Origin: Sulfitobacter sp.
GTDB lineage: Bacteria; Pseudomonadota; Alphaproteobacteria; Rhodobacterales; Rhodobacteraceae
DNA length: 63,101 bases
NCBI RefSeq assembly: GCF_041552635.1
Contig: NZ_JBFEKM010000001.1
Span: 1-63,101, forward strand
Reading direction: 5' to 3'
A program made the translations under genes and the position numbers. Position 1 is the first letter of the stretch. Each line of letters begins with the position of its first letter. Shown in pieces: positions 33,706 through 44,170 of the stretch. The notes below the pieces were generated by a model. That model searched no databases. It was not told the origin of the DNA and saw only the letters and a list, made by a program, of their open reading frames with translations.

Positions 33706-35093
33706 GCCAATATCCCTTTCCACCGGGCAACCTGCGCGCGAACCTGTGCGGGCGCAGTACCCCCATAAGACATACGCGAATTCACCGAATTTTCCACACC
33801 AAGCACGCCGAAAACATCTGCAGTGATCCCGTCATGAGCGGTTTTCATCTGTTCCAACGTCAGATCAGGCAGGTCGCAGCCGTTCTTTTCGGCCAAGGCC
33901 ACCAGCGATCCCGTGATGTGATGTGCGTCGCGAAAAGGCAGGCCCAGCACGCGCACCAGCCAGTCGGCCAAATCTGTCGCGGTCGAAAAACCCGACCCGG
34001 CGGCAGCAGCAAGGCTGTCACGGTTGGCGGACATATCCTTGACCATGCCTTCCATGGCGGCCAGCGCCAGCATCAGGTTATCCGCAGCGTCGAACACCTG
34101 TTCCTTGTCTTCCTGCATGTCCTTGGAGTAGGCCAGCGGCAGCCCCTTCATTACCATCATCAGCGCCACATTCGCCCCCATGATACGCCCGATCTTGGCG
34201 CGGATCAGCTCGGCTGCATCAGGGTTTTTCTTTTGCGGCATGATGCTGGACCCTGTCGAAAACCGGTCTGACAATGTCACGAAACGGAACTGCGCCGACG
34301 ACCAAATCACCAATTCTTCGGCAAAGCGGCTTAGGTGCATCGCACAGATCGACGCCGCCCCGAGGAACTCGAGGGCGAAGTCACGATCGCTAACTGCGTC
34401 CAGCGAATTGGCAGACGGGCGGTCAAACCCAAGGGCATGCGCCGTCATGTCGCGGTCAATCGGAAAGGACGTGCCAGCCAGCGCAGCCGCCCCCAAGGGA
34501 GATTCGTTCATCCGCGCACGCGCATCGCGCATCCGGCTTAAATCGCGGCCGAACATCTCGACATAGGCCATCATGTGGTGGCCCCACGTGACGGGCTGCG
34601 CGGTCTGCAGATGGGTGAAACCCGGCATGACCCAATCGGCCCCTGCCTCTGCCTGACCCAACAGGGCTTGGATTAACGCCAGCAAACCGGTCTCGGCCGC
34701 ATCAAACTGGTCGCGCACCCACAGCTTGAAATCTGTCGCCACTTGGTCGTTGCGCGACCGGCCTGTGTGCAGACGCCCTGCTGGCTCTCCGATGACCTCT
34801 TTCAGACGCGCTTCGACGTTCATGTGGATGTCTTCCAGCGCAGTGGAATACTGAAACGTTCCTCCTTCGATCTCTGACAAGACCGTGAGCAGGCCTTTCC
34901 CAATCGCGTCGGCATCGCTATCAGTAATGATGTCTTGTGCGGCCAACATGGCGGCATGGGCGCGCGACCCGGCAATATCCTGGGCGGCCATGCGTTGGTC
35001 AAACGAGATCGAGGCGTTGATCGCCTCCATGATCGCGTCTGGTCCGGCGGCAAAACGGCCCCCCCACATTTTGTTCGAAGTCGTATCAGTCAT
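33702..35093 (-). CDS. argH: Argininosuccinate lyase
   Basis: [27 protein letters not shown]; start at 35093. Confidence 0.97.
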   Translation of the reverse strand: MTDTTSNKMWGGRFAAGPDAIMEAINASISFDQRMAAQDIAGSRAHAAMLAAQDIITDSDADAIGKGLLTVLSEIEGGTFQYSTALEDIHMNVEARLKEVIGEPAGRLHTGRSRNDQVATDFKLWVRDQFDAAETGLLALIQALLGQAEAGADWVMPGFTHLQTAQPVTWGHHMMAYVEMFGRDLSRMRDARARMNESPLGAAALAGTSFPIDRDMTAHALGFDRPSANSLDAVSDRDFALEFLGAASICAMHLSRFAEELVIWSSAQFRFVTLSDRFSTGSSIMPQKKNPDAAELIRAKIGRIMGANVALMMVMKGLPLAYSKDMQEDKEQVFDAADNLMLALAAMEGMVKDMSANRDSLAAAAGSGFSTATDLADWLVRVLGLPFRDAHHITGSLVALAEKNGCDLPDLTLEQMKTAHDGITADVFGVLGVENSVNSRMSYGGTAPAQVRAQVARWKGILA

Positions 35094-35116
35094 CAGGCAA
35101 CCCCTCGGAGGGAAAA

Positions 35117-35686
35117 ATGAGAAAAGTAGTGCTCGCGCTCGTTTATACGGCCCTGACGGTCGGTGCAAACCCAAGCTTTGGCCAAAGCGCCGACATCGCC
35201 GCCCTGCGCGACGGGGACATGAAAAAACTTGTGGTGCATGATGCGCCGGTTGCCACGTCGACCGTGGCATTCGATCTGGCTGATGGCGCGGGCAAGGCAA
35301 CGCTTGAGGATTGGCGCGGCAAATATGTGGTGATCAACTTTTGGGCAACATGGTGCGCGCCATGCCGCAAGGAAATGCCACAGCTGAACGCCCTGCAAAA
35401 AGAATTCGGCGGCGATGATTTTGACGTGCTGACAATTGCGACCGGGCGTAACTCACCCGACGGCATCCAGCGCTTCTTTGACGAGGCCGGCGTTGACAGC
35501 CTGCCACGCCATCAAGACCCGAAGCAGGCGCTTGCCAGTCAGATGGGGATTTTCGGCCTGCCGATCACCGTGATCATGGACCCACAAGGCCGCGAGATCG
35601 CCCGCCTGCGCGGCGATGCCGATTGGTCCAGCGACAGCGCCAAAGCGATCATTCAAGCACTGGTGGAATCCAAGACCGACAGTTAA
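35117..35686 (+). CDS. TlpA-family thiol-disulfide oxidoreductase
   Basis: [19 protein letters not shown]. Confidence 0.9.
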   Translation: MRKVVLALVYTALTVGANPSFGQSADIAALRDGDMKKLVVHDAPVATSTVAFDLADGAGKATLEDWRGKYVVINFWATWCAPCRKEMPQLNALQKEFGGDDFDVLTIATGRNSPDGIQRFFDEAGVDSLPRHQDPKQALASQMGIFGLPITVIMDPQGREIARLRGDADWSSDSAKAIIQALVESKTDS

Positions 35687-35709
35687 CCGGTCTTGGTGCA
35701 TCAATAAAC

Positions 35710-36786
35710 TCAGGCCGCGTGCTGCAGAATCGCGGCTTCGGAGACGCTAAGGTTGCGCCGCGCATAGCTGCCATAGGTATGCGGATCAAAGGTCAGCTTG
35801 GGGTATTGTGCAAGCAGCCGCGCACGGTCCGCGCTGTCCAACGTCTCAAGCGCTGCCGAAGCAGGGTGGAAGCTTTCTGTCTCTACCCCGTTCGCCCACA
35901 TGATTTGGTGTGTGTCTAGCAGCACATGGATATAGCTGATCTCGCGGGTGTGGGCATCGACAGTCACGCTGGACCCGTTGACCAAATCCCTCGCCGACAC
36001 CAACACCTCGGATGTGTTGAACAAGCTGCGCGCCACATCCCCCTTCAGCAGAACCCGATGGCTAGGCGACACCAGCAAATCCCGATCAGGACGCGCAAGG
36101 CCCAGCGCATTGGCGCGAAACCGCACCGGACGCAGTTGTGGCATCGCAAACAGGCGCGCGCCGCTCATCCGGCGCTTGCCGATCCAGCGGATCGGTTGCA
36201 TGCCGTTGTCCTTGGTCTGAACCAGATCACCTTCGCGCAGGTCTTCGATCCGGTCTGCGCCATTTTCGGTGCGGATCAAGGTGCCAGGGGTAAAGCAGAT
36301 CACGCCGCCGCCCTGCTGGGCCACCTTGTCCAAAGACATCGTGCCAAGGGTATGGTGCACAATCCAAAGATCACTGTTGCGTGGTGGCATATCGTCCAGA
36401 AACATCAGCAAAGGCTGGCTGCCACGGCCCACTTCTATCAATGTGACGGTATAGCTTTTGCCGCCGTCAGTGACGACAAAGCTGTTGTCCATGAGTTCTG
36501 AAAACTGTTCGTCCATGCGGTCTTTGCGCACCGGAGGAGCGTCCTGATCCAAAGCTGCGCCCACAAGACGGTGCACCATCCGTGCCGCCCGTTTGCGCAA
36601 ATCTTCTGCGCCGTCTGCCTGATCCAGCCGCAATACATCATTCGGGCCATCAACGCGAATTGCGTCACCTCTCCATGCCCATGCAGCCCCTACTTTCAAG
36701 GATTGCACCGGCGCGGCGTCTAGCCCGTCTATTTCTGTTTGCGCCCAGCTTACGACAAACGTGCCCTTAAAGCCCGTTTTACCCAC
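35710..36786 (-). CDS. Hint-domain (bacterial intein-like, Hint_2) protein
   Basis: VICFTPGT, GDLVQTKDNG, LLVSPSHRVL, ANGVETESFHP. Confidence 0.88.
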   Translation of the reverse strand: MGKTGFKGTFVVSWAQTEIDGLDAAPVQSLKVGAAWAWRGDAIRVDGPNDVLRLDQADGAEDLRKRAARMVHRLVGAALDQDAPPVRKDRMDEQFSELMDNSFVVTDGGKSYTVTLIEVGRGSQPLLMFLDDMPPRNSDLWIVHHTLGTMSLDKVAQQGGGVICFTPGTLIRTENGADRIEDLREGDLVQTKDNGMQPIRWIGKRRMSGARLFAMPQLRPVRFRANALGLARPDRDLLVSPSHRVLLKGDVARSLFNTSEVLVSARDLVNGSSVTVDAHTREISYIHVLLDTHQIMWANGVETESFHPASAALETLDSADRARLLAQYPKLTFDPHTYGSYARRNLSVSEAAILQHAA

Positions 36787-36963
36787 TGTTCACCTGCCTC
36801 GTCTTTTTTTAATTAAGGACAGGTTAGCAAAACAGGCACCTTCTGGGAAGGCCGGATAGACCAAAGATTCCAAGGCGTTGCAAAAAGGTTAACGCGCCAG
36901 TTTGGCAGGACGGCAACACAAGATGTTGCGGCTCGACCCTCGCCGGCATCCACATGCGCCCCG

Positions 36964-37881
36964 TTAGAACGACAAGTTCATGCGGATTGACCCGACAACT
37001 TGTTCCTCAGGCTGGGTCTCGTATTCTTTGCCCAACCACGTCACGCCATAAAAAGCCGATGCGCCCTCGCCTTGCCAATGCACGCCAAGGCGCACACGGT
37101 CGCGGTGCTCCGTCAGGCTAAGGCCGCGGTCTTGCGGCAGATACGTGCTGTCGCTGACATACGCAATGTCGGCCCCCACCAGAAAACTAAAGCCGGTATT
37201 TTCAGCATTCTGTATCACGCGGTACCGATGCCCGGACGTTGCATCGCGCACCAAAAGCTCTCCTTTGCCGATGTTGCCAAAGGTGAAATCGGCCCCCGCA
37301 CGCATCATCGTCTCAATACCTGCCTGACCCTGCACAAACGGGCGGAAGGACAGGTTTTCACCCAAATCGATACTATGCCCCGCCTCAACAAGAAGGGTGG
37401 GGTAAATCCCGTCCTCAATTTGCCGTCTTAGGGTGCGCCCTGACGGGGGTTCATCGCCGATCAGCTTGTGGAACTTGCGCTGCAAAAGGCCCAAGCGCGT
37501 TTGCGGCCCTGTCACATAAAGCGACGCGCCCACAGAGTATTCCGTTGCCCTATGCTGGAAATGCGTATGCAGCCCCGCCGACAGCGCCCCGGCCCACGGG
37601 CGCGACCCTGCGGTTGGGCGACTTAGGTTCTCAGGGGCCAGCACATCAAGTCCCAGACGTAATTCGACCAAATCGCCGAACTTGCTGGGCGATGCCCCGG
37701 TCCAATCCGGCCCCCAGACCCGCGAAGAGGCAACAGAACCGGTGCGCTCGCGGTCTTGCAAATCGCCCAAAAAATCATTCGTGATCAAGCGGCCATAGCC
37801 AAGGTATTCGCGCCCCTCTGCCGCGATGGACTGAGGCAAGGCCATAAGCAAAATCGCAGCGGCGGTGATGGCCTTGAACAT
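36964..37881 (-). CDS. LpxR-family outer-membrane beta-barrel (lipid A deacylase-like)
   Basis: Signal peptide, TNDFLGD, RPWAG, GPQT..Q..FH, terminal Phe. Confidence 0.75.
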   Translation of the reverse strand: MFKAITAAAILLMALPQSIAAEGREYLGYGRLITNDFLGDLQDRERTGSVASSRVWGPDWTGASPSKFGDLVELRLGLDVLAPENLSRPTAGSRPWAGALSAGLHTHFQHRATEYSVGASLYVTGPQTRLGLLQRKFHKLIGDEPPSGRTLRRQIEDGIYPTLLVEAGHSIDLGENLSFRPFVQGQAGIETMMRAGADFTFGNIGKGELLVRDATSGHRYRVIQNAENTGFSFLVGADIAYVSDSTYLPQDRGLSLTEHRDRVRLGVHWQGEGASAFYGVTWLGKEYETQPEEQVVGSIRMNLSF

Positions 37882-38081
37882 TCGGCGTTTCTCCTGAGGG
37901 CTTTTCCCCATCAGACACATTGGTCGCGGGGACGTATGAATTTTTTTGATTTACACAGTGGCAATCCGTTTAGATTTAAGCAGGAAATACGACGATATTT
38001 GGGCGAATGCATGTTCGCAACATTGCGCAACGCTCACAATTCGCTAACGTTACGTTGGTAAAAACAGCGTCGGAGCCCCCA

Positions 38082-38606
38082 ATGTCAGACCCAAAATCGC
38101 ACCCGTCCCGCCGTATCGTATCCTCGCGCCATCTGGCCGAAGGCGAAGGGTGGGAGGCCTCCGAGCTCGAATACGGCATGATCATCGCCTATAATGCCTT
38201 CAGCCGTTGGATGTCGCGCTGCATGGCCGCTGCGGGCAATCCTGACCTGACCCCGCTAGAGATTCTGGTCCTGCACAACACCAACCACCGCCAGCGGGAA
38301 AAGCGCCTGACCGATATTTGCTTTATGCTGAACATCGAAGATACGCATACGGTTAATTATGCGCTGCGTAAGCTTTTGAAATCCGGGCTGATTGACGCGG
38401 AAAAGCGCGGAAAAGAGGTGTTTTATCGCACCTCCGCCGCAGGGGCCGAATTGATCGAGGCCTACCGTGCCGTGCGCAACAGCTGCCTGATCGACACGTT
38501 GGGGCGGACCGATATCAAGGGCGACGATCTACGCGATATCGCCGCCCATCTGCGGGCCATTTCAGGTCAATATGATCAGGCGAGCCGCGCGGCGGCGTCG
38601 CTTTAA
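38082..38606 (+). CDS. Winged-helix (MarR-like) DNA-binding protein
   Basis: IVSSRHLA, NIEDTHTVNYALRKL, SGQYDQASRAAASL. Confidence 0.8.
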   Translation: MSDPKSHPSRRIVSSRHLAEGEGWEASELEYGMIIAYNAFSRWMSRCMAAAGNPDLTPLEILVLHNTNHRQREKRLTDICFMLNIEDTHTVNYALRKLLKSGLIDAEKRGKEVFYRTSAAGAELIEAYRAVRNSCLIDTLGRTDIKGDDLRDIAAHLRAISGQYDQASRAAASL

Positions 38607-39244
38607 CGGCCCAGCTGGCTGGCGGCGCGGGCCAATTCCGTGATCGCAGCCCAATCACCCGCGCGCACCAGCGCATCGGGTGCCACCCAACTGCCACCCG
38701 CGCAGACCACGTTGGGCAGCGACAGATAACTTTCGGCATTGGTGGGGCTGACCCCGCCGGTGGGGCAAAAGCGGATTTGCGGCAAAGGTGACGCCAGCGA
38801 TTTCAGCGCTGGTGCGCCGCCAGAGGCTTCGGCCGGAAAGAACTTGAGCATATCATAGCCGCGTTCCAGCAGGCGCATCGCCTCTGACGCCGTGGCGGCA
38901 CCGGGCAGCATCGGCAGGTCCAGATCTTCGGCAGCTTGCAGCAATTTATCCGTGGCACCCGGCGACACGCCGAACGTCGCACCCGCATCAACGGCGCGTT
39001 TCACATCGTCGGGCGTCAGCAAGGTGCCTGCCCCAACGATACCGCCCTCGACTTTGGCCATCTCGGCAATCACCTCAAGGGCTGCGTCGGTGCGCAAGGT
39101 TACTTCCAACGCGGGCAGACCACCGGCGACCAGCGCCTCGGCCAAGGGGCGGGCATGGGCCACGTCATGCACGACCAGAACCGGCACGATCGGCGCGCGT
39201 TTGCAGATATCGTAGGCGGCGGCACTTGCGTGTTGAGGGGTCAT
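38603..39244 (-). CDS. eda: KDPG/KHG aldolase
   Basis: LEVTLRT, VGAGT, KFFPAE, FCPTGG. Confidence 0.95.
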   Translation of the reverse strand: MTPQHASAAAYDICKRAPIVPVLVVHDVAHARPLAEALVAGGLPALEVTLRTDAALEVIAEMAKVEGGIVGAGTLLTPDDVKRAVDAGATFGVSPGATDKLLQAAEDLDLPMLPGAATASEAMRLLERGYDMLKFFPAEASGGAPALKSLASPLPQIRFCPTGGVSPTNAESYLSLPNVVCAGGSWVAPDALVRAGDWAAITELARAASQLGR

Positions 39245-39265
39245 AGGTTTCGTCCTTTTATCAAA

Positions 39266-41065
39266 TCAAATGCTGCTGGCACCGGTGTCGGCAGCGCCCA
39301 CGTTCTTGCGGAATGCCGCGAACAGGTCGCGCCCTTGTCCATGTTCATTGCCAGACAAATCAGCCGTCGCCAAGGCGCGGTCCATCACCCCCGGCGTCAC
39401 AATTTCAAGGCGGCCGTCGCGGGCATCGACCCGGATCACATCCCCGTCTTGCAGGCGCGCAATCGGCCCTCCGTCCAAGGCTTCGGGACAGACATGGATC
39501 GCGCTCAACACCTTGCCCGACGCGCCCGACATACGGCCATCAGTCACCAGCGCCACCTGCAAACCGCGCGCTTGCAGGTTGGCAAGAACCGGCGTCAGGC
39601 TGTGCAATTCGGGCATGCCATTGGCCTTTGGCCCCTGAAAGCGCACGACGACAACGACGTCTTCGTCAAATTCACCGTTCTTATAGGCCAGTTTGACCGC
39701 TTCTTGGTCGTGAAACACCCGTGCGGGGGCTTCGACCACGTGTTGCTCAGGCTTGACCGCTGAAACTTTGGTCACGGCATTGCCCAGCGATCCGGTCAGA
39801 CGTTTCAAACCGCCCGTCGGCTGGAACGGATCCCCCATCGGGCGCAGGATTTTGTCGTTCAACGTCTCGGTAGGGCCTGCGACCCATTCAACTGCGCCGT
39901 CTTTCAGTTTTGGGTCTTGGGTGTACCGTTCAAGCCCCTCGCCGGCGACGGTCTTGACGTCCTTGTGCAGCAACCCGCCCGACATCAGCTGGCCAATCAT
40001 ATATCCCAGCCCGCCAGCGGCGTGGAAGTGGTTCACGTCGGCCAGCCCGTTGGGATAGACCCGCGCCAGCAGCGGTGTTACATCCGCCAAATCCGAGAAA
40101 TCCTGCCAATCCAGAATAATCCCGCCGGCCCGCGCCATCGCCACCAGATGGATCAGCAGATTGGTCGACCCGCCTGTCGCATTCAGCCCGACAATCCCAT
40201 TCACATAGGCCTTTTCATCCAGCACATCGCACACCGGCGTATAGCTGTTGCCCAGATGGCTGATTGCCAACGCCCGCTGCGTGCCTGTCACGGTCAGCGC
40301 ATCGCGCAACGGGGTGTTGGGGTTCACAAAGGACGCGCCCGGCAGATGCAGGCCCATGAATTCCATCAACATCTGATTGGTATTGGCTGTGCCGTAAAAG
40401 GTACAGGTGCCAGGCCCATGATAGGCTGCCATCTCAGAGGCCATAAGCTCTTCGCGCGTCGCCTCGCCCGAGGCAAAGCGCTGGCGCACAACGGCTTTTT
40501 CATCGTTCGATATCCCAGAGGTCATCGGACCCGCAGGCAAGAAAATCGCGGGCAGATGGCCAAAAGCTTGGGCTGCGATCACCAGACCCGGGACGATCTT
40601 GTCACAAACGCCCAAGAAAACAGCGGCATCAAAGGTATTGTGGCTAAGCCCTACGCCTGCGGCCATGGCAATGACATCGCGCGAAAACAGGCTCAGCTCC
40701 ATCCCCGGCGTGCCTTGGGTTACGCCGTCGCACATCGCGGGCACACCGCCTGCGACCTGTGCCGTGCCCCCGACAGCGCGGGCGGCGTCGCGGATGATTT
40801 CAGGAAACCGTTCAAACGGCTGATGCGCCGACAGCATGTCGTTATAGGTGGTAATGATCCCGATATTGCCCGCCGATTTGGTGGCAAGCGCATCCTGATC
40901 AGGGCCGGCACCGGCATAGGCATGGGCCTGCCCGCTGCACGACAGATGCGCCCGCGCGGGGCCGTCTTCGGCAGCACGGCGCATGCGGTCCAGATACGCT
41001 TGGCGACCGGGCGCGCTGCGCGCAATGATCCGGTCGGTGACGCGGGCTAGGGTGTCATTCAGCAT
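39266..41065 (-). CDS. edd: Phosphogluconate dehydratase
   Basis: YNDMLSAHQP, AMCDGVTQG, CDKIVPG, TDGRMSGASG. Confidence 0.96.
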   Translation of the reverse strand: MLNDTLARVTDRIIARSAPGRQAYLDRMRRAAEDGPARAHLSCSGQAHAYAGAGPDQDALATKSAGNIGIITTYNDMLSAHQPFERFPEIIRDAARAVGGTAQVAGGVPAMCDGVTQGTPGMELSLFSRDVIAMAAGVGLSHNTFDAAVFLGVCDKIVPGLVIAAQAFGHLPAIFLPAGPMTSGISNDEKAVVRQRFASGEATREELMASEMAAYHGPGTCTFYGTANTNQMLMEFMGLHLPGASFVNPNTPLRDALTVTGTQRALAISHLGNSYTPVCDVLDEKAYVNGIVGLNATGGSTNLLIHLVAMARAGGIILDWQDFSDLADVTPLLARVYPNGLADVNHFHAAGGLGYMIGQLMSGGLLHKDVKTVAGEGLERYTQDPKLKDGAVEWVAGPTETLNDKILRPMGDPFQPTGGLKRLTGSLGNAVTKVSAVKPEQHVVEAPARVFHDQEAVKLAYKNGEFDEDVVVVVRFQGPKANGMPELHSLTPVLANLQARGLQVALVTDGRMSGASGKVLSAIHVCPEALDGGPIARLQDGDVIRVDARDGRLEIVTPGVMDRALATADLSGNEHGQGRDLFAAFRKNVGAADTGASSI

Positions 41066-41101
41066 CGGGTGTCCTCCTGTTTCGCATCTTGGCTGGTGGC
41101 C

Positions 41102-41153
41102 TTGACTTAAAATATGTTAGCGCTAACCTAGCATGGCCAATGAGAATTTGCAA
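41102..41153. promoter_or_regulatory. Overlapping divergent promoters with a central LacI-type palindrome GTTAGCGCTAAC (41116-41127)
   Basis: Plus strand TTGACT-N16-TAACCT (41102-41129); minus strand TTGCAA-N17-TAGGTT (41153-41125); perfect 12-bp palindrome. Confidence 0.7.
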
Positions 41154-41228
41154 ACCTGCTGAAGCTTGGCACACGGATAAAACGAAAAGGCCCTTTCCCC
41201 GCAAATTCTTGTACCTTAAACAAAGCCA

Positions 41229-42104
41229 ATGACATATATTGAACCTTCATTTCTGATCGGTGTGGATGGCGGCGGCACCGGCTGCCGCGTTGCGGTGGGC
41301 ACAGCGTCCCAAGGCATTCTGGCAGAGGCCAAAGGCGGTCGCGCCAATGTCAGCACCGATTTCGACGAAGCCATCGCCAATATCATGCAGGCCACCCGCA
41401 CCGCATTGCAAGACGCGGGTTTGGATGCCAGCCAGATGGGGAACGCCGTGGCACATCTGGGGCTGGCAGGATTTACCGGACCGGACATCGGGGCCAAGGT
41501 GACCGCTGCCCTGCCCTTTGGCACTTCGGTGGTCACCGAAGACACCGCGACCACCATCGTCGGGGCCATAGGTCAAGACGATGGATTCGTGATCGCCCTT
41601 GGCACCGGCACCATCATCGCGCGCCAACGCGATGCGGTGCAAAAATGCATCGGCGGATGGTGTTATCAGGTGTCGGATCAAGCCTCTGGCGCGTGGCTGG
41701 GGCATGGGGCCTTGGTGCAAACGCTGCTGATGGTGGATGGCATTGTGCCGCCCAGCCCCTTGTCCCAGCACCTGCTGGATACCCTTGGCGGCGGCGCAGG
41801 CATCGTGCAGTTCAGCCTGAAAGCACGCCCCGGTGATTTCGCGACGCTGGCCCCTGATGTGGTCAAAGCAGCAGCCGCTGGCGACAGAATCGGCATCGAA
41901 CTGATGCAAAGCGGTGCCGCCTATTTGCGCAGCGCGCTTGGATCGCTTGACTACAAGACCGGCGATATCTTGTGCCTCGCAGGCGGTGTTGGCCCGCACT
42001 ATGCAAATTATCTGCCCTCTGACATGACGCGCAATCTGGCCGCGGCCAAGGGGCGCGCTGTTGACGGTGCCTTTGCGCTTGCGTTGCGCGCTGCGCGGCG
42101 ATGA
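41229..42104 (+). CDS. BadF/BadG-type sugar kinase (N-acetylglucosamine/glucosamine kinase)
   Basis: IGVDGGGT, LGTGT, GGW...SDQASGAWLG; coupled to nagA. Confidence 0.8.
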   Translation: MTYIEPSFLIGVDGGGTGCRVAVGTASQGILAEAKGGRANVSTDFDEAIANIMQATRTALQDAGLDASQMGNAVAHLGLAGFTGPDIGAKVTAALPFGTSVVTEDTATTIVGAIGQDDGFVIALGTGTIIARQRDAVQKCIGGWCYQVSDQASGAWLGHGALVQTLLMVDGIVPPSPLSQHLLDTLGGGAGIVQFSLKARPGDFATLAPDVVKAAAAGDRIGIELMQSGAAYLRSALGSLDYKTGDILCLAGGVGPHYANYLPSDMTRNLAAAKGRAVDGAFALALRAARR

Positions 42105-43225
42105 CCCACAAACGGGCCTTTGCAGGGGCGCAAATATTTGATGGCGTTACGCTTTGGGACACTCATGCCTTGCTGGTTGCAAAGGACGGCACGACACAGC
42201 CAAGTCCGCGCGATGCGCTTCCCGATGGCTGCCCCGTCACAACGTTAAAGGGCGGTGTGATTTCACCGGGTTTCGCTGACCTTCAGGTCAATGGTGGCGG
42301 TGGGGTCATGTTCAACGACAGCCCCGATATCGAAACCCTGATCAAGATGTCACAGGCGCATCGCAACCTTGGCACGGCAGGGTTTCTGCCGACACTGATC
42401 ACCGATACCCCAGATCACACCCGTGCCGCAATCGCCGCCTTGCGCCATGCGTTAAAGGAAAACATCCCCGGCATCTGCGGCCTGCATCTGGAAGGGCCAC
42501 ATCTAAGCGTGGCGCGCAAAGGGGCCCATGACGCGGCCTTGATCCGGCCAATGACCGCCGACGACCTTGCCGCGCTGCTTGAGGCTGCCGAATATATCGA
42601 CACGCTGATGATCACCGTCGCACCTGAAAACGTGACCATGGCGCAGATCACGGCGTTGTCGCAGGCAGGCATCATCGTTTCGCTGGGCCATAGCGATTGC
42701 GATTACGACACCGCGATGCGGGCGTTCGACGCGGGCGCGCGTTGTGCGACCCATCTGTTCAATGCGATGAGCCAGGCAACCCCCCGCGCGCCCGGGCTTG
42801 TGGGTGCCGCGCTGGATCATGGCACCGTGTCATGCGGGCTGATTGCCGATGGCGTGCATGTGCACCCTGCGATGATCCGTGCCGCCTTGGCCGCGCACAC
42901 AGGCCCAAGCGACGTATTTCTGGTCACGGACGCCATGGCGACGGCTGGATCGGACATCAATGGCTTTACCCTAAACGGGCGGGTCATTTCGCGCAAAGAC
43001 GGCAGGTTGACCTTGGCCGACGGGACGCTGGCCGGGGCCGACCTGACCCTGCCCCAAGCGGTACGCTATATGGTTGATGTGGTCGGTGACCCCTTGGCCA
43101 AGGCCCTTGCCCGCGCCACGACGACCCCCTCAGCGCTGCTGCGCAAGCGCCCCGATACGAGCGTGCAAAACATGATCTGGCTCAGCGATGATTTCACCCA
43201 AACCCGCTGGCTGACCGATCTATAA
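42101..43225 (+). CDS. nagA: N-acetylglucosamine-6-phosphate deacetylase
   Basis: DLQVNGGGG, HLEGP, GHS, THLFNAM, DGVHV, VTDA, LAG. Confidence 0.92.
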   Translation: MTHKRAFAGAQIFDGVTLWDTHALLVAKDGTTQPSPRDALPDGCPVTTLKGGVISPGFADLQVNGGGGVMFNDSPDIETLIKMSQAHRNLGTAGFLPTLITDTPDHTRAAIAALRHALKENIPGICGLHLEGPHLSVARKGAHDAALIRPMTADDLAALLEAAEYIDTLMITVAPENVTMAQITALSQAGIIVSLGHSDCDYDTAMRAFDAGARCATHLFNAMSQATPRAPGLVGAALDHGTVSCGLIADGVHVHPAMIRAALAAHTGPSDVFLVTDAMATAGSDINGFTLNGRVISRKDGRLTLADGTLAGADLTLPQAVRYMVDVVGDPLAKALARATTTPSALLRKRPDTSVQNMIWLSDDFTQTRWLTDL

Positions 43226-44017
43226 CGGTGCCACGATTGGCGCAAAGGAATAGCTTTGGCAAAAGTCGATCAGACTTTGCACGGCGTGTGATCCGCTTTC
43301 AATCGCCTCGGCCTCGGTCCCGATCAGGGTGATGACCGCCTGCGCCTCGCCCTGCCAATCAAGGATCGGGGCGGCCAAAGCAACCAGACCAGGGATAAAA
43401 TCACCATCCACCGTGGCGTGGCCCTGCGCCCTGATCTTGGCGCACAGCGCATCGACCCCTGCGACCGTTGGCACGAAATCCGATGCCAATGCAGGGGTGC
43501 GTTTCATCCGGCGCAGCTCGGCCTCAAGCAGGGTCTGGATCGGCGGGCGTGGGGCCCATGCCAGAAACGCCCTGCCCGACGATGAATTCAGCAACGGCAG
43601 GGTCGTGCCCAAGCCCATGGATGTCACCACAGGGGCCGCAGCGCGTTCCCACCGGACCACCGTCGCACCGCCGCCGCCCCAGACAGACAGCAACACCGTC
43701 AGGCCGGTTTCGTCGCGCAAATCGGCCAATGCCTCGGACGGGCGGTTCACGAAATCATGGCGCGCGATGGCCGCAAGGCCCAGCCGCATGGCCCCCGGCC
43801 CCAGATCATATTTCCCCGACCGCCCCCCTTGCGCGACAAGGCCAGCGTTCAGAAAGGACGCCAGATAGCGGTGCACTTTGCTGGGTGGCATGTCACTGGC
43901 ACGCGCCAGATCGGTCAGCGACGTCGGCCCCGCCTGATCCGCCATCACCGACAGCAAACGCAAGGCAGTATCAAGGGACTGGATGCCCGCGCTTTGGCTT
44001 TCGGATGATTTGGTCAT
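43220..44017 (-). CDS. IclR-family transcriptional regulator
   Basis: IQSL..AL, SKVHRYL..F, SSSGRAFLA, LAAPI; divergent from the catabolic operon. Confidence 0.9.
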   Translation of the reverse strand: MTKSSESQSAGIQSLDTALRLLSVMADQAGPTSLTDLARASDMPPSKVHRYLASFLNAGLVAQGGRSGKYDLGPGAMRLGLAAIARHDFVNRPSEALADLRDETGLTVLLSVWGGGGATVVRWERAAAPVVTSMGLGTTLPLLNSSSGRAFLAWAPRPPIQTLLEAELRRMKRTPALASDFVPTVAGVDALCAKIRAQGHATVDGDFIPGLVALAAPILDWQGEAQAVITLIGTEAEAIESGSHAVQSLIDFCQSYSFAPIVAPL

Positions 44018-44084
44018 GGCACCGCCCCTTACGAATTCCACCTATCGTTACAGGCCGGGCTGGCAAGACACAATCGTAACGAAA

Positions 44085-44133
44085 ATTCCATAATAAGGAA
44101 TCTATTGCGCTATATGTAATTTCATTCTAGCGT
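44085..44133 (+). promoter_or_regulatory. Tandem IclR-type operators ATTCC-N7-GGAAT (44085-44101) and ATTGC-N7-GTAAT (44104-44120) overlapping a TTGCGC-N17-TAGCGT promoter
   Basis: Palindromes read directly from the sequence; they lie between iclR and the operon start. Confidence 0.7.
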
Positions 44134-44170
44134 CCCCGAAGGATTGAGCGAGAGCTTTGGGAGGAGCACC

